A stretch of 64,000 bases of DNA from the NCBI RefSeq assembly GCF_006345805.1, contig NC_043000.1:62620001-62684000 (forward strand). The letters are read 5' to 3'. Position numbers and translations under genes: made by a program. The DNA is from Octopus sinensis (lineage: Eukaryota). Below the pieces are notes generated by a model that saw only the letters and a program-made list of their open reading frames with translations, was not told the DNA's origin and ran no database searches. Below are positions 39,830-52,923 of this stretch, in pieces. Each line of letters starts with the position of its first letter. Within the stretch, counting starts at the first letter, position 1.

Positions 39830-40265
39830 TTTACTTGTTACTTGTTTCAGTCATTTGACTGCAGCCATGCTGGGGCACTGCCTTGATGGGTTTTAGTCAA
39901 AGAAATCGCCCCCAGGACTTATATTTCAAGCCTAATACTATTCTATCAGTCTATTTTGCTGAACTGCTAAGTTACAAAGATGTAAACACATCAACAACGG
40001 TTGTCAAGCGGTGGTAGTGGGTAAACACAGACACAAAGATGCACACTCATAGATATATACATATATATATATATATATATCATCATCATCCTCATCATTC
40101 ATATATATATATATATATATATATATACAACAGGCTTCTTTCAGTTTCCATCTACCAAATCCACTCACAAGGTTTTAGTCAGCCTGAGGGTATAGTAAAA
40201 AACACATGCCTAATATGCCATGCAGTGGGACTGAACCCAAAGCCATGTGGTTGGGAAACAAGCTT
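39830..40265 (-). mobile_element. SINE family B (CpG-decayed)
   Basis: Homologous to 28295-28705; another decayed copy on + at ~40530-40875. Confidence 0.8.
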
Positions 40266-40461
40266 AATAGTATTACTTTAGCAGTAAAAGAAACACCTCA
40301 TATGGAAAACTGAAAAATTCCAGAAAGTACTAAGATTATTCCATTCATCAAAAAAATAAAGACAGTTTTGCGTCTGGCTAATGGGAGCTTGTCCAGCCCA
40401 GTGAGGCCAGTTTATTGTTAATACTTGTCGCAAAAATATCTTCATACATTCAAATACTTAC

Positions 40462-40494
40462 CATGATTTGTGTGCTGCTTTGAGTAAAACCACT
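40462..40494 (-). other. Candidate 33-bp exon
   Basis: Acceptor TTTTTTTTTTTATATAG and donor ATG|GTAAGT in unique sequence. Confidence 0.5.
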
Positions 40495-41508
40495 CTATAT
40501 AAAAAAAAAAAGCTTTCAAGATAGATGCAGCTATGGCTGTGAATAAGAAGTTTGCTTCTAACCATATGATTCCAGGTTTAGACCCTTAAGCAAGTGTCTT
40601 CTAGTATAGCCTCAGACCAACCAAAGCTTTGTGGGAGGATTTAGAAAATGGAAACTGAAAGAAACCTGTCATCTATGTGTGTGTGAGAGAAAGAGAGTGT
40701 GTGTGTATTGGTATGGTAAATGTTACATCTCCATAACTTAGCAGTTCAACAAAAGAAAGTGATGGAATAAATATCAGGTTTCACAAAAAATAATAATTAC
40801 TGGGGTTGAATTGTTCAGCTAAAATTTTTCAAGGCGGCGCCCCAACATGGCCGCAGACTGAAACATGTAAAAGATATTTCTACAAGCTGTATAATAAAAT
40901 CCTCGTCATCATCATCATTTAAAATCCATTTTCCATGACAATGTGGGTTGAACAGTTCGACAGAAGCCAGCAGAGATATGTGAGATGTAAATGAATAATA
41001 TATTTAGAGTTGGATTCCAAACTGTCCCATTTTATAGATAAAAAAATATACATGAGCTGCTCCAGCTGGTGAAGAGGATTGGCCTGCAAGAGTCCTGTGC
41101 CACTGTCGCATAAAAAGCACTCATGCCGGTGCCATGTGAAAGAACTCGTGTGATTCCACCTTAAATGCACTCAGCACACACTGTAAAGTGATTGGCATTA
41201 GGAAGGGATTCCAGCTGTGAAAACCAAGCCAAGTCAGACTGGAACCTGGCGAAATTCCCCCAGCTTCCCAGCTCTGGTCAAACTGTCCAACTGACATTAA
41301 AGGATGATGATGATGAAGGTGGTGGCGGTGGTGATGGTGGTGGTGGTGGTGATGGTGATGACAAGGAGGAGGAGGAGGGGAGGGGGCAATCATTAAAAAA
41401 AGAAAAACAGCTGAAACTCAAACACTTCCAACCTCAAGCATCTTTGATAAAAGATTATCAAGCTGTTATACACCTGTGTCAGTTGAAATAAACAGTTACT
41501 AAAGTTAC

Positions 41509-41581
41509 CTTTCTGTTGCTTAGTAAAATATCAGGTGCTTTCATTGTATTTTGTATGCAACTAATAAAATTGAAAGTCTGT
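41509..41581 (-). other. Candidate 73-bp exon, copy 1
   Basis: Acceptor TTTTAATTTTCTCTTCAG, donor AAG|GTAACT. Confidence 0.5.
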
Positions 41582-42298
41582 CTGAAGAGAAAATTAAAAT
41601 AATAATGATAACAATGTTACTAATAAATCAATACAGATATCAAAAGTAAGAATATAACACTGCATAACAATATTTTTTTTTTATCTTTATTTCCTATTTG
41701 CTGCTATCTAGAAATCAAAGGAAATGACTACTATTCTCTTCAAACTTTGCTTTTGTGACCTGGACATTAATATTTTGAAACAGACCTATTTTCCATTACA
41801 ATTCAGACAAATTCAGCATTGAGTTGCTGAAGCAGAAATATCGTTATAGCAAATATTCTGCTCAATACCACAGATTTGCTTGTCAGTTGTTTGACTTTAA
41901 CCACTTGAGCATGTCCCTTGGTGGCTGACAATATATGCATCTCTGATCATGAGTAAGAGTTGTGGAGGAGCATCATAGCTATGTGTTGATAGGGATTCTT
42001 TGGGGTTTGAATAAATGCAACAAAAGCAAAGTCTGAAGGAAATATTAGGAAATAACACTTGCTACTCAAGGGCAAAAATCGTGTTACACAGTGTAATTAA
42101 TCTACAATAAATTAATTAATAAAGAGGCTTTTTAACATCAAACAACAAAAATTCTTCCATGAGAGACTTAAACATTTTTAGATACGGTAGACCATCTTCA
42201 AGAGAGTTTTATCTAAATGAACTGTATTATGTGGAAAATGTTAAGCCATAACATGTGTAGATGCTAATCTGTACTATATGAAAAATGTTAAACAATAC

Positions 42299-42708
42299 AG
42301 GCGCAGGAGTGCCTGTTTGGTAAGTAGCTTGCTAACCAACCACATGGTTCCGGGTTCAGTCCCACTGCGGGGCAACTTGGGCAAGTGTCTTCTGCTTTAG
42401 CCTCTGGCCGACCAATGCCTTGTGAGTGGATTTGGTAGACGGAAACTGAAAGAAGCCTGTCGTATATATGTATATATATATGTATGTGTGTGTGCTTGTG
42501 TGTCTGTGTTTGTTACCCTAGCATTGCTTGACAACCGATGCTGGTGTGTTTACGTCCCCGTCACTTAGCGGTTCGGCAAAAAGAGACCGATAGAATAAGT
42601 ACTGGGCTTACAAAAAGAATAAGTCCTGGGGTCGAGTTGCTCGACTAAAGGTGGTGCTCCAGCATGGCCGCAGTCAAATGACTAAAACAAATAAAAGAGT
42701 AAAAGAGT
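42299..42708 (+). mobile_element. Young SINE family B with AATAC TSD
   Basis: tRNA-like head (GGTTCAGTCCC B box), CTTGGGCAAGTG motif, internal (TA)(TG), (TAAAAGAG)n tail; empty site at 44013-44017. Confidence 0.92.
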
Positions 42709-43227
42709 AATACTATGTGGAAAAGATTAAGCGTTTTAGGAGGAAAATATTAAAATATACTTTGTGGAAAATGTTAAATTATAATTATATCACACTGTAG
42801 AGTGGTAGGCATTTGGAAGGATATCAAGCTGTAAAAGCCATGCCAAAACTAACCTCACTTATGTTGATGCCACGTAAAAAGCACTCATCCCACTCTGCAG
42901 AGTGGTTAGTGTTAGGAAGGGCATTCATTCATAACCACCATGCCAAACAAACACAGAGGTATGATGCAGACTTCTGTCTGACCAGCTCCAGTCAAACCAT
43001 TCAGTCCATGCTAGTATGCAAGGAAAATGTTAAACAACAACGATGACGACGATGACGACGACGACGAGGACGAGGGGGGGGGAGGGAGGAGGGGAGGAGG
43101 AGGCAATCATTAAAAAAAGAAAAAACAGCTGAAACTCAAAACACTTCCAATCTCAAGTATCTTTGATAAAAGATTATCAAGCTGTTATACACTTGTGTCA
43201 GTTGAAATAAACAGTTACTAAAGTTAC

Positions 43228-43300
43228 CTTTCTGTTGCTTAGTAAAATATCAGGTGCTTTCATTGTATTTTGTATGCAACTAATAAAATGGAAAGTCTGT
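43228..43300 (-). other. Candidate 73-bp exon, copy 2
   Basis: Same splice sites retained; one substitution versus copy 1. Confidence 0.5.
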
Positions 43301-44114
43301 CTGAAGAGAAAATTAAAATAATAATGATAACAATGTTACTAATAAATCAATACAGATATCAAAAGTAAGAATATAACACTGCATAACAATATTTTTTTTT
43401 AATCTTTATTTCCTATTTGCTGCTATCTAGAAATCAAAGGAAATGACTACTATTCTCTTCAAACTTTGCTTTTGTGACCTGGACATTAATATTTTGAAAC
43501 AGACCTATTTTCCATTACAATTCAGACAAATTCAGCATTGAGTTGCTGAAGCAGAAATATCATTATAGCAAATATTCTGCTCAATACCACAGATTTGCTT
43601 GTCAGTTGTTTGACTTTAACCACTTGAGCATGTCCCTTGGTGGCTGACAATATATGCATCGCTGATCATGAGTAAGAGTTGTGGAGGAGCATCATAGCTA
43701 TGTGTTGATAGGGATTCTTTGGGGTTTGAATAAATGCAACAAAAGCAAAGTCTGAAGGAAATATTAGGAAATAACACTTGCTACTCAAGGGCAAAAATCG
43801 TGTTACACAGTGTAATTAATCTACAATAAATTAATTAATAAAGAGGCTTTATAACATCAAACAACAAAAATTCTTCCATGAGAGACTTAAATGTTTTTAG
43901 ATAAGGTAGACCATCTTCAAGAGAGTTTTATCTAAATGAACTGTATTATGCAGAAAATGTTAAGCCATAACATGTGTAGATGCTAATCTGTACTATATGG
44001 AAAATATTAAACAATACTATGTGGAAAAGATTATGCATTTAATGAGGAAAATGTTAAAATGTATTGAGAAAAATGTTAAACTGTACTTCGTGGAAAATGT
44101 TAAATTATAATTAG

Positions 44115-44390
44115 TTCACACTGTAAAGTGGTAGGCATTTGGAAGGGCATCAAACTGTAAAAGCCATGCCAAAACTAATCTCACCTGTGTTGATGCCACG
44201 TAAAAAGCACTCAGCCCACTCTGCAGAGTGTTTAGTGTTAGGAAGGGCATTCATTCATAACCACCATGCCAAACACAGAAGTATGGCGCAGACTTCTGTC
44301 TGACCAGCTCCAGTCAAACCATTCAATCCATGCTAGTATGGAAGGAAAATGTTAAACAACAATGACGATGATCATGATTATGATGGTGGT
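44115..44390 (+). mobile_element. SINE-like family C with RTE-type (GAT)n tail
   Basis: GTTAGGAAGGGCAT motif and CCATGC.AG.ATGGAA...(GAT)n end; also at ~30330-30480, 41080-41370, 42790-43075, 48675-48850. Confidence 0.7.
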
Positions 44391-45409
44391 GGCAAAATGT
44401 TCCAAATACCCGTGTGACAGTTTATCATTGTTGTTGAATAATGCTGCTCAGCTGGTGTAGACCCAGCACTGAAGAGATGTCTAGATTTTTAGATTAAGTT
44501 TCATTTGTAATCAGTGGTCTATCTTACAGGCATCATATATCAAATGTAAGCAGGCTGTCTAAAGATATACAAGGGGGTATTGAAAAGTTCCTGGTTTTGA
44601 GTAAAAGAAAATACAGGAGGATCAGATTCACACACTTATTGCAACAGTCCTTCAGTTTTTCTAAACTTTATAAAAGAACTCACAAAAGCTTAGTTGGTGG
44701 CCCAACCAGGCCTTTCATGATACCCTTAAAGACAAACCTTACAGCACTTCCTCACATAACATGTTCTTGTTCCCATTTAACACATAGTAAGGTCTTTATT
44801 CTATATCAGTTTGTAAACGAGTGTTGTTAGTTTTAGGTTTTCAATAGACTACTCTCTGGTCCACTTCATTGAGAGTTCATTGCAATGAAAATAATAAGGG
44901 AACGTCTATAACTTAGTACAGAACAAATATTGAAAAGCAGTTGATTTTATATATATATATGTACTAAGTTTTCTTGCTGGTGCTAACATATTTCCTCAAT
45001 ATACATTAGTAAAAGATATAAACACATGCACATGCATGCACGTACACACACACACGTACACACACACACACACACACACACATTGAGAGATGCAACATGC
45101 TTTTGTAGTTTATTCCATTCACAAGATCGTCATCAACTTGCAATGTATCATGCACAGAAATTGAATCCAGAACCATATAGCTGTATAGTAAAGATTTTAA
45201 AAACAGGGCTACTCCTATACCCATCAAGAGAGATGTAATTAGATTTTCTATTCTGAATAAGATAAGTAATACTATATGATTCAGGGAATTGACCACAAAT
45301 AAATTGGTTAGCTTTATATTCTAACATTGCTAAAATAAGTAGCAATCAATTACTGGGGGTCAACAAAATTACTGGCCTTGTGCCTAAATCAGATGCCATT
45401 ACTATTATT

Positions 45410-47330
45410 TGGTCAAAGTGTTAGCTATGAGGTTGGTGCTTGTTGGGGATCTGGTAGGGAAGACATAGACATGCGCCATCCCGGAAAGATCCATCCACAA
45501 CAACCTCCACCTCATGCACTAAATCATTGAGAAAGTGACTAAAGAACCTGGCACAGGTGGGGTCCTGATCAATTTAGATCTGTCTAAAGCTTTCAATAGA
45601 GTCGACTCTCTATGCCTGGTGATGGTCCTCAAGGCAGCTGGTTTGGGGCCTGCATTCAAGGACTGGATCACTGCAATACACAGTGACATCTGTTCAGTGG
45701 TGAACAGATGTGAACAGTCCCTTCTCGGAGCCATTCAACACCATGCGCTCAGTCCGACAAAGTTTTCCCCTCTCGTCTCTCTTGTATATACTGACTCTTG
45801 AGCTACTACTACACAACACCCACTGCGTGGTGGCCTGGGCATGCCATAGTTGATGATGTGCAGACATGTGCTTCCTTGATGGTGAGCAGGTGTGGTCACC
45901 ATTCACCAGACATGTATTTCTGCTGCTAGTTTCTTTAATGGAGCTGCAGTCCTGGGTAAAACAGAGACCAATGAGGAGCATTTGGAAAGTGGAATGTTTT
46001 CAAGCACTCACAGCCCTCAACCAATTGAACACAGTGTTAGGTGGAACGACCACTTTAGTTCTTTATAGAGGATTAGCTGAGGGAAAGTGCAACGAAGTTC
46101 TTGGGGAGACCTTGGGCATAGAAGATTAGCTAGTCACTCTTTTCCAGAGAACTTTCAGCCCGGGATGTGAAATTTTTTTCCCACAAAAGTTCTGGACCCC
46201 AGTAATGAATTTATTTGCATACAGCCAATCAGAGCTCACCTTGACCTTGTTGTTTGTAAGTTGACCAATCGCCAAATTATGCCTGATTCTAGGAGGAAAC
46301 AAGTAATTATATTTGCATCTATACCTATTATTGGATTTTGTTAGGGTCTCATATGGCAAAGATGTGGATGGGAAAAATGTGTAGAGGTTGATGTGCTAGC
46401 AACCCTTTCTCCTTATTGTTTTAGAAAGTAAACAACATAAATAATTATGCAGAAGCAGCCATGGTTGAAACAGGAACAAGAACAGTAAGCATTCTTAACA
46501 GAGAAAATAAGCATGGCCATTCCTTACCCAAGTGACCTTATCTTATCGTCCATCACTTGTTATGCACTCATAGATTAGTTTGATAATTGAGCTCTGGTTG
46601 GCTGTGTGCAAATGAGTTCATAACTGGGATCTGGAACTCTCATGAGAAAAAAAAAATCTCTGGCCTGGCAGTGCTACTGGAGAACATAAACTTTACTGGG
46701 AGATAAACTTTACAGGCACGGAAGTGCCGTCAGTTGAGCATGCCTGAGATGCCTGCAGTACAATGAAACAGCCCTGCATGCACCCATCCAGTGCCCAAGC
46801 ATTGCTGACCAGTAGGTTTATGTCAAACACCTGCTGTCATGTGTAAGACAAATCTGGCTGTCAACTGAATCCCTCGTGAAGATCACCCCATCGCCTTCCT
46901 TTAAGTGGGAAGGAAAGGCTGTGTTTATATGCCTGGTGGTCATGGTGAAAGTTGTATGGTGGACGAGATTGAAGGGGCTGAAGACAAACACTTTTCTTTT
47001 TCACCAATCCCTAATCAACTTCTTCAAGTTTCACTTGAAAAGGAAAATAAGGGTATAGAGGGAAGTGTTGTCTTCTAGCCAGTTTGCTGAAAGGTAGATG
47101 AAAGTGGTGAGAATGCCCTGAGTTGGAAAAAAAGGCACCAGCCCCAAAAGTCAGAGTACCCATGGTTTTTATGGGGGTTTTTTCCATGAGCAGCCCTTGA
47201 ACATCTCCTCCCTATTGAGGGTGACACACCATTGATTTTTTTTTCTAAGCTTGTTCAGCACACTCACTCACACATACACGCACACACATTTTTTTATTTT
47301 GTCCTGTACTGCCCATAATGTTTTCCTTAA
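45410..47330 (+). mobile_element. Degenerate Tx1/L1-clade LINE interrupted by a foldback element
   Basis: LINLDLSKAFNRVD; C-terminal pieces homologous to 38936-39535. Confidence 0.8.
46165..46657. mobile_element. Foldback element, same TIR family as 59854-60576
   Basis: TTTTTTTCCC..GAGTTC.GGA.CCCAGT.ATGAA.T.ATTTGCA.ACAGCCAA.CAGAGCTC at both ends. Confidence 0.8.
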
Positions 47331-47334
47331 TGCA

Positions 47335-48150
47335 CTTGGGTCGATGTAATCGACCTATCCCACACCTGAAATTGCTGGTCTTGTACCAAAATTTCAAAGC
47401 ATTATTATTATCATCATTATTAAAATGAAGATGGTGAGCTGGCAGAACTGTTAACACACTGAACAAAATCCTTAGCAACATTTTTTCTAAATTTATGTTC
47501 TGCTAAATTCAACTTTGCCTTTCATCCTTCTGGAGTCGATGAAATAGGTACCTGTTGAGCACTGGATGTAATTGAGCAGCCCCTCCCCCATATTTCAGGC
47601 TATGTGCCTATAGTAGAAGGGATTGTTATTAAAATGCTTAGTGGCATTTTATCCATCTTTACATTCCACCAAGATCGACTTTACTTTTATCCTTTTGGGG
47701 TTGATAAAATAAGCACCAGCTGAGTGCTAGGGTTGATTTAATCATTTAACCTGTTCTTGCAAAATTTCAGGCCTTGTTCGTATACTAGAAAGAATTCTTA
47801 ACATTACTAATATGCTTAGCAGCATTTGTCCCAGCTCTTTAGATTCTGAGTTGAAATCTTGCTGAGGTCAGCTTTGCTCTTCAGCTTTTAAGTACCAGCC
47901 AAATACTAGCACAGATCGATGTATTTAACTAAACCCCTGCCCTCAGAATTGCTGGCCTCATGCCAAAATCAGAAAGAATTAGTATTATTATATCACTACC
48001 ATTACAAGGTGGTGAGCTGGCAGAATTATTAGCATGCTGGGCAAAATAACTTAGCAACATTTTGTGCATCTTTACATTCTGAGTTCAGATTCTGCCATAA
48101 TTGACTTTGCCTTTCATCCTTTCGGGATTAATAAATTAAGTACCAGTCAA
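47335..48150. mobile_element. Cluster of decayed SINE family A copies
   Basis: Five or so partial cores. Confidence 0.8.
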
Positions 48151-48174
48151 GTACTTAATTTATTAATCCTGGTA

Positions 48175-48854
48175 CAGGCATCACCCATGTTATGGATACC
48201 TCGGGTTGTGGAATTTCATACTTACAGAAATTGTGAAGTATGACCATTAATTTGGGGATATGGTCTGTAATTTTGCTAACAATTTAAAACTATACTTATT
48301 TTTTAGTTCAATCAGCATTTGTGTTTTATTTAAGATCAACATATATATTCAACTATTTGGAAAACTATAATCACGTTATACACATACATGCACACATATA
48401 CACACATGTATATATATAATGTACATAATATGAGAATATATATATATATTCTATTTATAAAAGAAAGTATTTGTGTATATGTGTGTGTGTTTCTATCAGC
48501 AGCACCAACACATCCACCAAAGCAACAGTAATATATAGTATGAAGAAGACAAGCAAATCCATTTCAAATAAAAACATATAATGAGGTGTCATAGAGCATT
48601 TTTAAAAATTGAATGCAATGTCTTTGATCTTACATCTATGAGGATTGATAAAGACTAAGCAGTAATAACAATATATGCCGGTGGCTTGTAAAAAGCATTC
48701 ATTACACTCTTGGAGTGGTTGGCAAATCAGACTGGATTCTGATGCAGCCCTCTGGTTTACTAGCTAGTCAAACCATCCAACCCATGCCAGCATAGAAAGT
48801 GGACATTAAATGGTGGTGGTGTGGTGTTGTGTGGTGGTGGTGGTGGTGGTGATG

Positions 48855-48889
<35 letters not shown>

Positions 48890-49940
48890 AACCTACAGTT
48901 AGAGATTTCTGGAAGAAATTCAACATAATGAAAGCTATGGATAATATAGCTGAGTCATGAGATGAAGTGAAACCTTCAACTTTGAAAAGTGCTTGGAAAA
49001 GTATATGGCCAGACTGTATGCATGAGATTACAAGTTTCCTTCAAGCATAAAGTCTACATCAAATTTGGAAAGATATTGAGACATTTGCAAATGATGTAGG
49101 ATTTGAAGAAGCTATAGAGGATGATGTGATTGTGTTGCTAGAATCCCAGAGAGAAAGTTTATCTGACATGAAGCTGATGTTGTTAGAAAAAGAAACTGAG
49201 AATACAGAAGAGACAACAGAAATTCCACCTACACCACTTAAATTGACTACAAAAATTATTGTTTAAGGGCTGGCACATATCAAGGACGCTTGGCAGGTTT
49301 TTGCTGATAAAGATTGTAATCATGAAAATAACATGAAAATTACAAATTACAAAATTACAATGAGCTCAGGTTCCTGCTCTGGGCTGTATGAAGAGATGAT
49401 GTGTTATAAACAACAAACAGCTTTGTATAAATTTTTTGCCTCTCAAGCTGAAGTTCATGAGAATGAACTATAAGATAATAAATATTGCTGCTCATCCTCT
49501 TAGTAACACTCATTCCACTGCTACCCCTCACAGAGTAGTCAACATCTTTTGTAGTAAGAACATACTCTTATGATATGATTCTTATTAATTCTCTAAAGTA
49601 GTCCTGTAGAAATAATTTTGGTTTTATGTATTTATATTGTACTGTGTGTTATTTTCATGTATCTACATTATATTATTTTTAAGTATCTATATTATTATTA
49701 TTATTTCCATGTATTTATATTATACTGCATATGTTTTTTCATGTATAAAGGTGACTGTGTTGCTTGTTCTCTGCTGTTTTCTTGTGCTCCTTCTTTTTCT
49801 TCTTTTTTTCTAAAAAAAAAAGAATGCCATTTCACTTGATAATATGAAAATCAATAGGTAAATTAACTCCATATTATGGAATTTCACATTATAGCCAGAT
49901 TTTCAGGAACGCATTGCTTCTGTAAAGTGAGGGATTCCTG
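48175..49940 (+). mobile_element. Decayed Tigger/pogo-like DNA transposon
   Basis: TA|CAGG...CCTG|TA ends; PTVRDFWKKFNIMKAMDNIAES*DEVKPSTLKSAWKSIWP at ~48890-49015; GFEEAIEDDVIVLLES. Confidence 0.75.
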
Positions 49941-50279
49941 TATTTGATCATGGTATTTGTGAATGCCATTTGATATTATCTCAAAAGCATTCACAGTAGG
50001 TTCTTCTGTTTCATCTAGTATTATTAAATTACTATTATTAATCTCGTATTAATAAAGGGATATCAAGTAGGCAGAATCATTAGTACCCTGGATAAAATGC
50101 TTAGTAACATTTCTTCTAGCTCTTTATGTTATGTATTCAAATGCTACTGGAATCAGTTTTGTCTTTCATCCTCTTGGGGGGTCAATAAAGTAAGTACCAG
50201 TCAAGTACTGGGGTTGCTGTAATCAACTTTCCCCTCCTCATCAAAAGCTGCTGGCCCTGTGTCAACATTTGAAACTATT

Positions 50280-50875
50280 ATTATTATCATTATTATTATT
50301 GACTGAGAGAGCAATGTATGCCATCAAAGTGACACTGAGGTACAACTATATAAAGCCCAATATACTCATCATGATCACCTGTCTAATAATGGTACATCAG
50401 GTGCATGCACTGCAACCATATATGTACAACATGGTGATTTCATATCAAGATAAAACAGAGCATGACCTTGCAGGAGGGGCACACTTAGAATTTTCTTCAG
50501 GTCACGTAGCCCAACCCACTCAAAAGATCCTTGAATAAGGTCTGTTTCAGAGTGATGAACAAAACACTCATGTTTCCAGAAGTGAATTATTCAAATCTCA
50601 AAGAATTCTTCTCAACACATGACTATGGTGCTCCCCACTACTCATGCTTGTGATCAGAGCTGCTCATATCATCAGCCACTAAGGGACATATTCAGGTGGT
50701 TAAGGTCAAGTAACTGAGAAGCAAATCAGTAGTATTGAGCAGAATATTTGCTGTAGCCCATCTTTTATACCAAGACAAAATAGCCCATCTTTTATACCAA
50801 GACAAAATCTACAAGATAACACTTCCAATCAGTTAAGATCAAAAGCCATGAAAGCCACTGCCTGATATTGCATCA
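50280..50875 (-). repeat. Repeat family D, longest copy
   Basis: Matches 2965-3205 and 41848-42012; internal 27-bp tandem duplication at 50754-50807. Confidence 0.7.
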
Positions 50876-50929
50876 AGGTGTTTGTTATCATCATCATCAT
50901 CATTATTATTATTATTATTATTATAGACA

Positions 50930-52600
50930 GTGGGCTTGGTAGAATGGTTAGCATGCTGGGTGAAATGCTTAGCGGTATTTCAGCTCGCTACGTTCTGAGA
51001 TCTAATTCCACTGAAGTCAACTTTGCCTTTCATCCTTTTGGGGCCAATAAATTAAATACCAGTGAAACACTGTGGTCAATGTAATTGATTAGTCCACTCA
51101 CACCAAATTTCAGACCTTGTACCTTTACTAGAAAGGATTTTAAGGTGGCGAGCTGGCAGAATCACAGGCACACCAGATGAAATGCTTATCTGTATTTCAT
51201 CTGCTGCTACATACTGAATTCGGATCTTTTCCTTTTGAACGGCACTTTTCAACACAATTTCTAGTTAACTAAACACTTTTAAACTTTGTATACTGGTAGA
51301 ATGTGTCAAAATAAAACATTTTTTTCTCTTGGCTTTCTTGAGAAAATTGTAATTTGTTTGTTTAACGTAGTTTAATTTTTCGAATTTTAACCAATCCCAT
51401 GCCCTCTATTTAGCTAAAATCATTTGCTGTGTCTAAAACAGACAACATCCTGTCACTAACCCTAACCCTAAATTTTAGCCTTTCATTTTTTTTTTCTTAA
51501 TTGTTAAATTAATTTAAGGATAACAATTAAGAAAAACAAAACAAAAGGCTAAAATGAAAGCAATGGAAAATAATTTTAATTTAACAATTAAGAAAAAAAA
51601 AAAATGAAAGGCTAAAACGAAAGCAAAAACTCAAAACAAAAACAAAACGAATAATTTTAGACACATGCATAACAATTAAATTAATTTAACAATTAAGAAA
51701 AAAAAACGAAAGGCTAAAATTTTGGGTTAGGGTTAGGGTGAAGGTTAGGGTTAGTGACAGGATGTTGTCTCAGTTTTAGACGCAGCAAATGATTTTAGCT
51801 AAATAGAGGGCATAGGATTGGTTAAAATTCGAAAAGTTAAACTATGTTAAACTTACAAATTACAATTTTCTCAAGAAAGCCAAGAGAAAAAAATGTTTTA
51901 TTTTGACACATTCTACCAGTATATGAAGTTTAGAAGTGTTTAGTTAACTAGAAATTGTGTTGAAAAGTGCCATTCAAAAGGAAAAGATCCCTGAATTCAA
52001 ATTTCACCAAGGTCGACTTTGTCTTTCATCCTTTCAGGGTCAATAAATTAAGTAACAGTTGAGTACGGAGATGTAGTCGACTATTCCCCTCCCCACAAAT
52101 TTCAGGCCTGGTGCCTATGACTGAAAGGATTATTATTATTATAAGCAGAGGACTAGTAGAATCATTAGCATGCTGGGCAAAAATGCATAACAGCATTTTG
52201 TCCATCTTTACGTTCTGAGTTCAAATTCCACCAAGGTCAACTTTACCTTTCACCTTTTCAGGTCAATAAAATAAGTACAAGTTAAGCACTGGGGTCGATA
52301 TAATCGACTTACTCCTACCCCAAAATTGCTGACCTAGTGCAAAAATTTGAAATCATTATTTTCATTATCATCTAAAGTGACAAGATGGCAGAATTGTTAG
52401 CACATCAAACAAAATGCTTAGCAGAATTTCTTCTAGCTTTTTATGTTCTGAGCTCAAATTCCACTGAGATCGACTTTGCTTTTCATCCTTTAAGGGTTAA
52501 TAAAATAAGTTTCAGTTGAGCACTGGGGTTGATGCAATTCACTAACCCCCAACTCCCTAAACATGCTGGCCTTAATCCTCATTTGGCAAGCTGGCAGAAT
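50930..52600 (+). mobile_element. Cluster of decayed SINE family A copies, one split by a foldback element
   Basis: Repeated heads and cores. Confidence 0.8.
51222..51990. mobile_element. Foldback DNA element, ~295-bp TIRs, 8-bp TSD, internal (TTAGGG)n
   Basis: TSD CTGAATTC 51214-51221 and 51991-51998; termini GGATC...GATCC. Confidence 0.92.
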
Positions 52601-52885
52601 TGTTACTTAACCCCCTCCCTTGTTTGAAAACATAAGGACACAGAACGCTTGTGTTACATGGCCAGCTGGAAACGGTATTTCCTGGGGTTAAATGGCAGTA
52701 GCATTTTTCCTTTTCCTGGGACTGCCACATTAAGTTGGCAACAAATCATCACTATATATATATATAACATTAAATTTAGGGTAAAAATTGATATTTATCA
52801 ATTAGAACCAGTGGCCTAGCAGTGGCGATTTGACGTCTATATCTAGCATGTTGACTGTCCACTTTTTCGTGTTCAGTCCTTAATT

Positions 52886-52920
<35 letters not shown>

Positions 52921-52923
<3 letters not shown>

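Larger units (their letters stand above)
41385..44370. repeat. Tandem duplication of a ~1.3-kb unit
   Basis: 41385-43101 and 43102-~44370 nearly identical except SINE B in copy 1. Confidence 0.95.

Noticed and set aside
40370-40412. Intronic hairpin CTGGC...GCCAG as snoRNA or miRNA candidate
   Set aside because: Too short and bulged for a pre-miRNA; no clear H and ACA boxes
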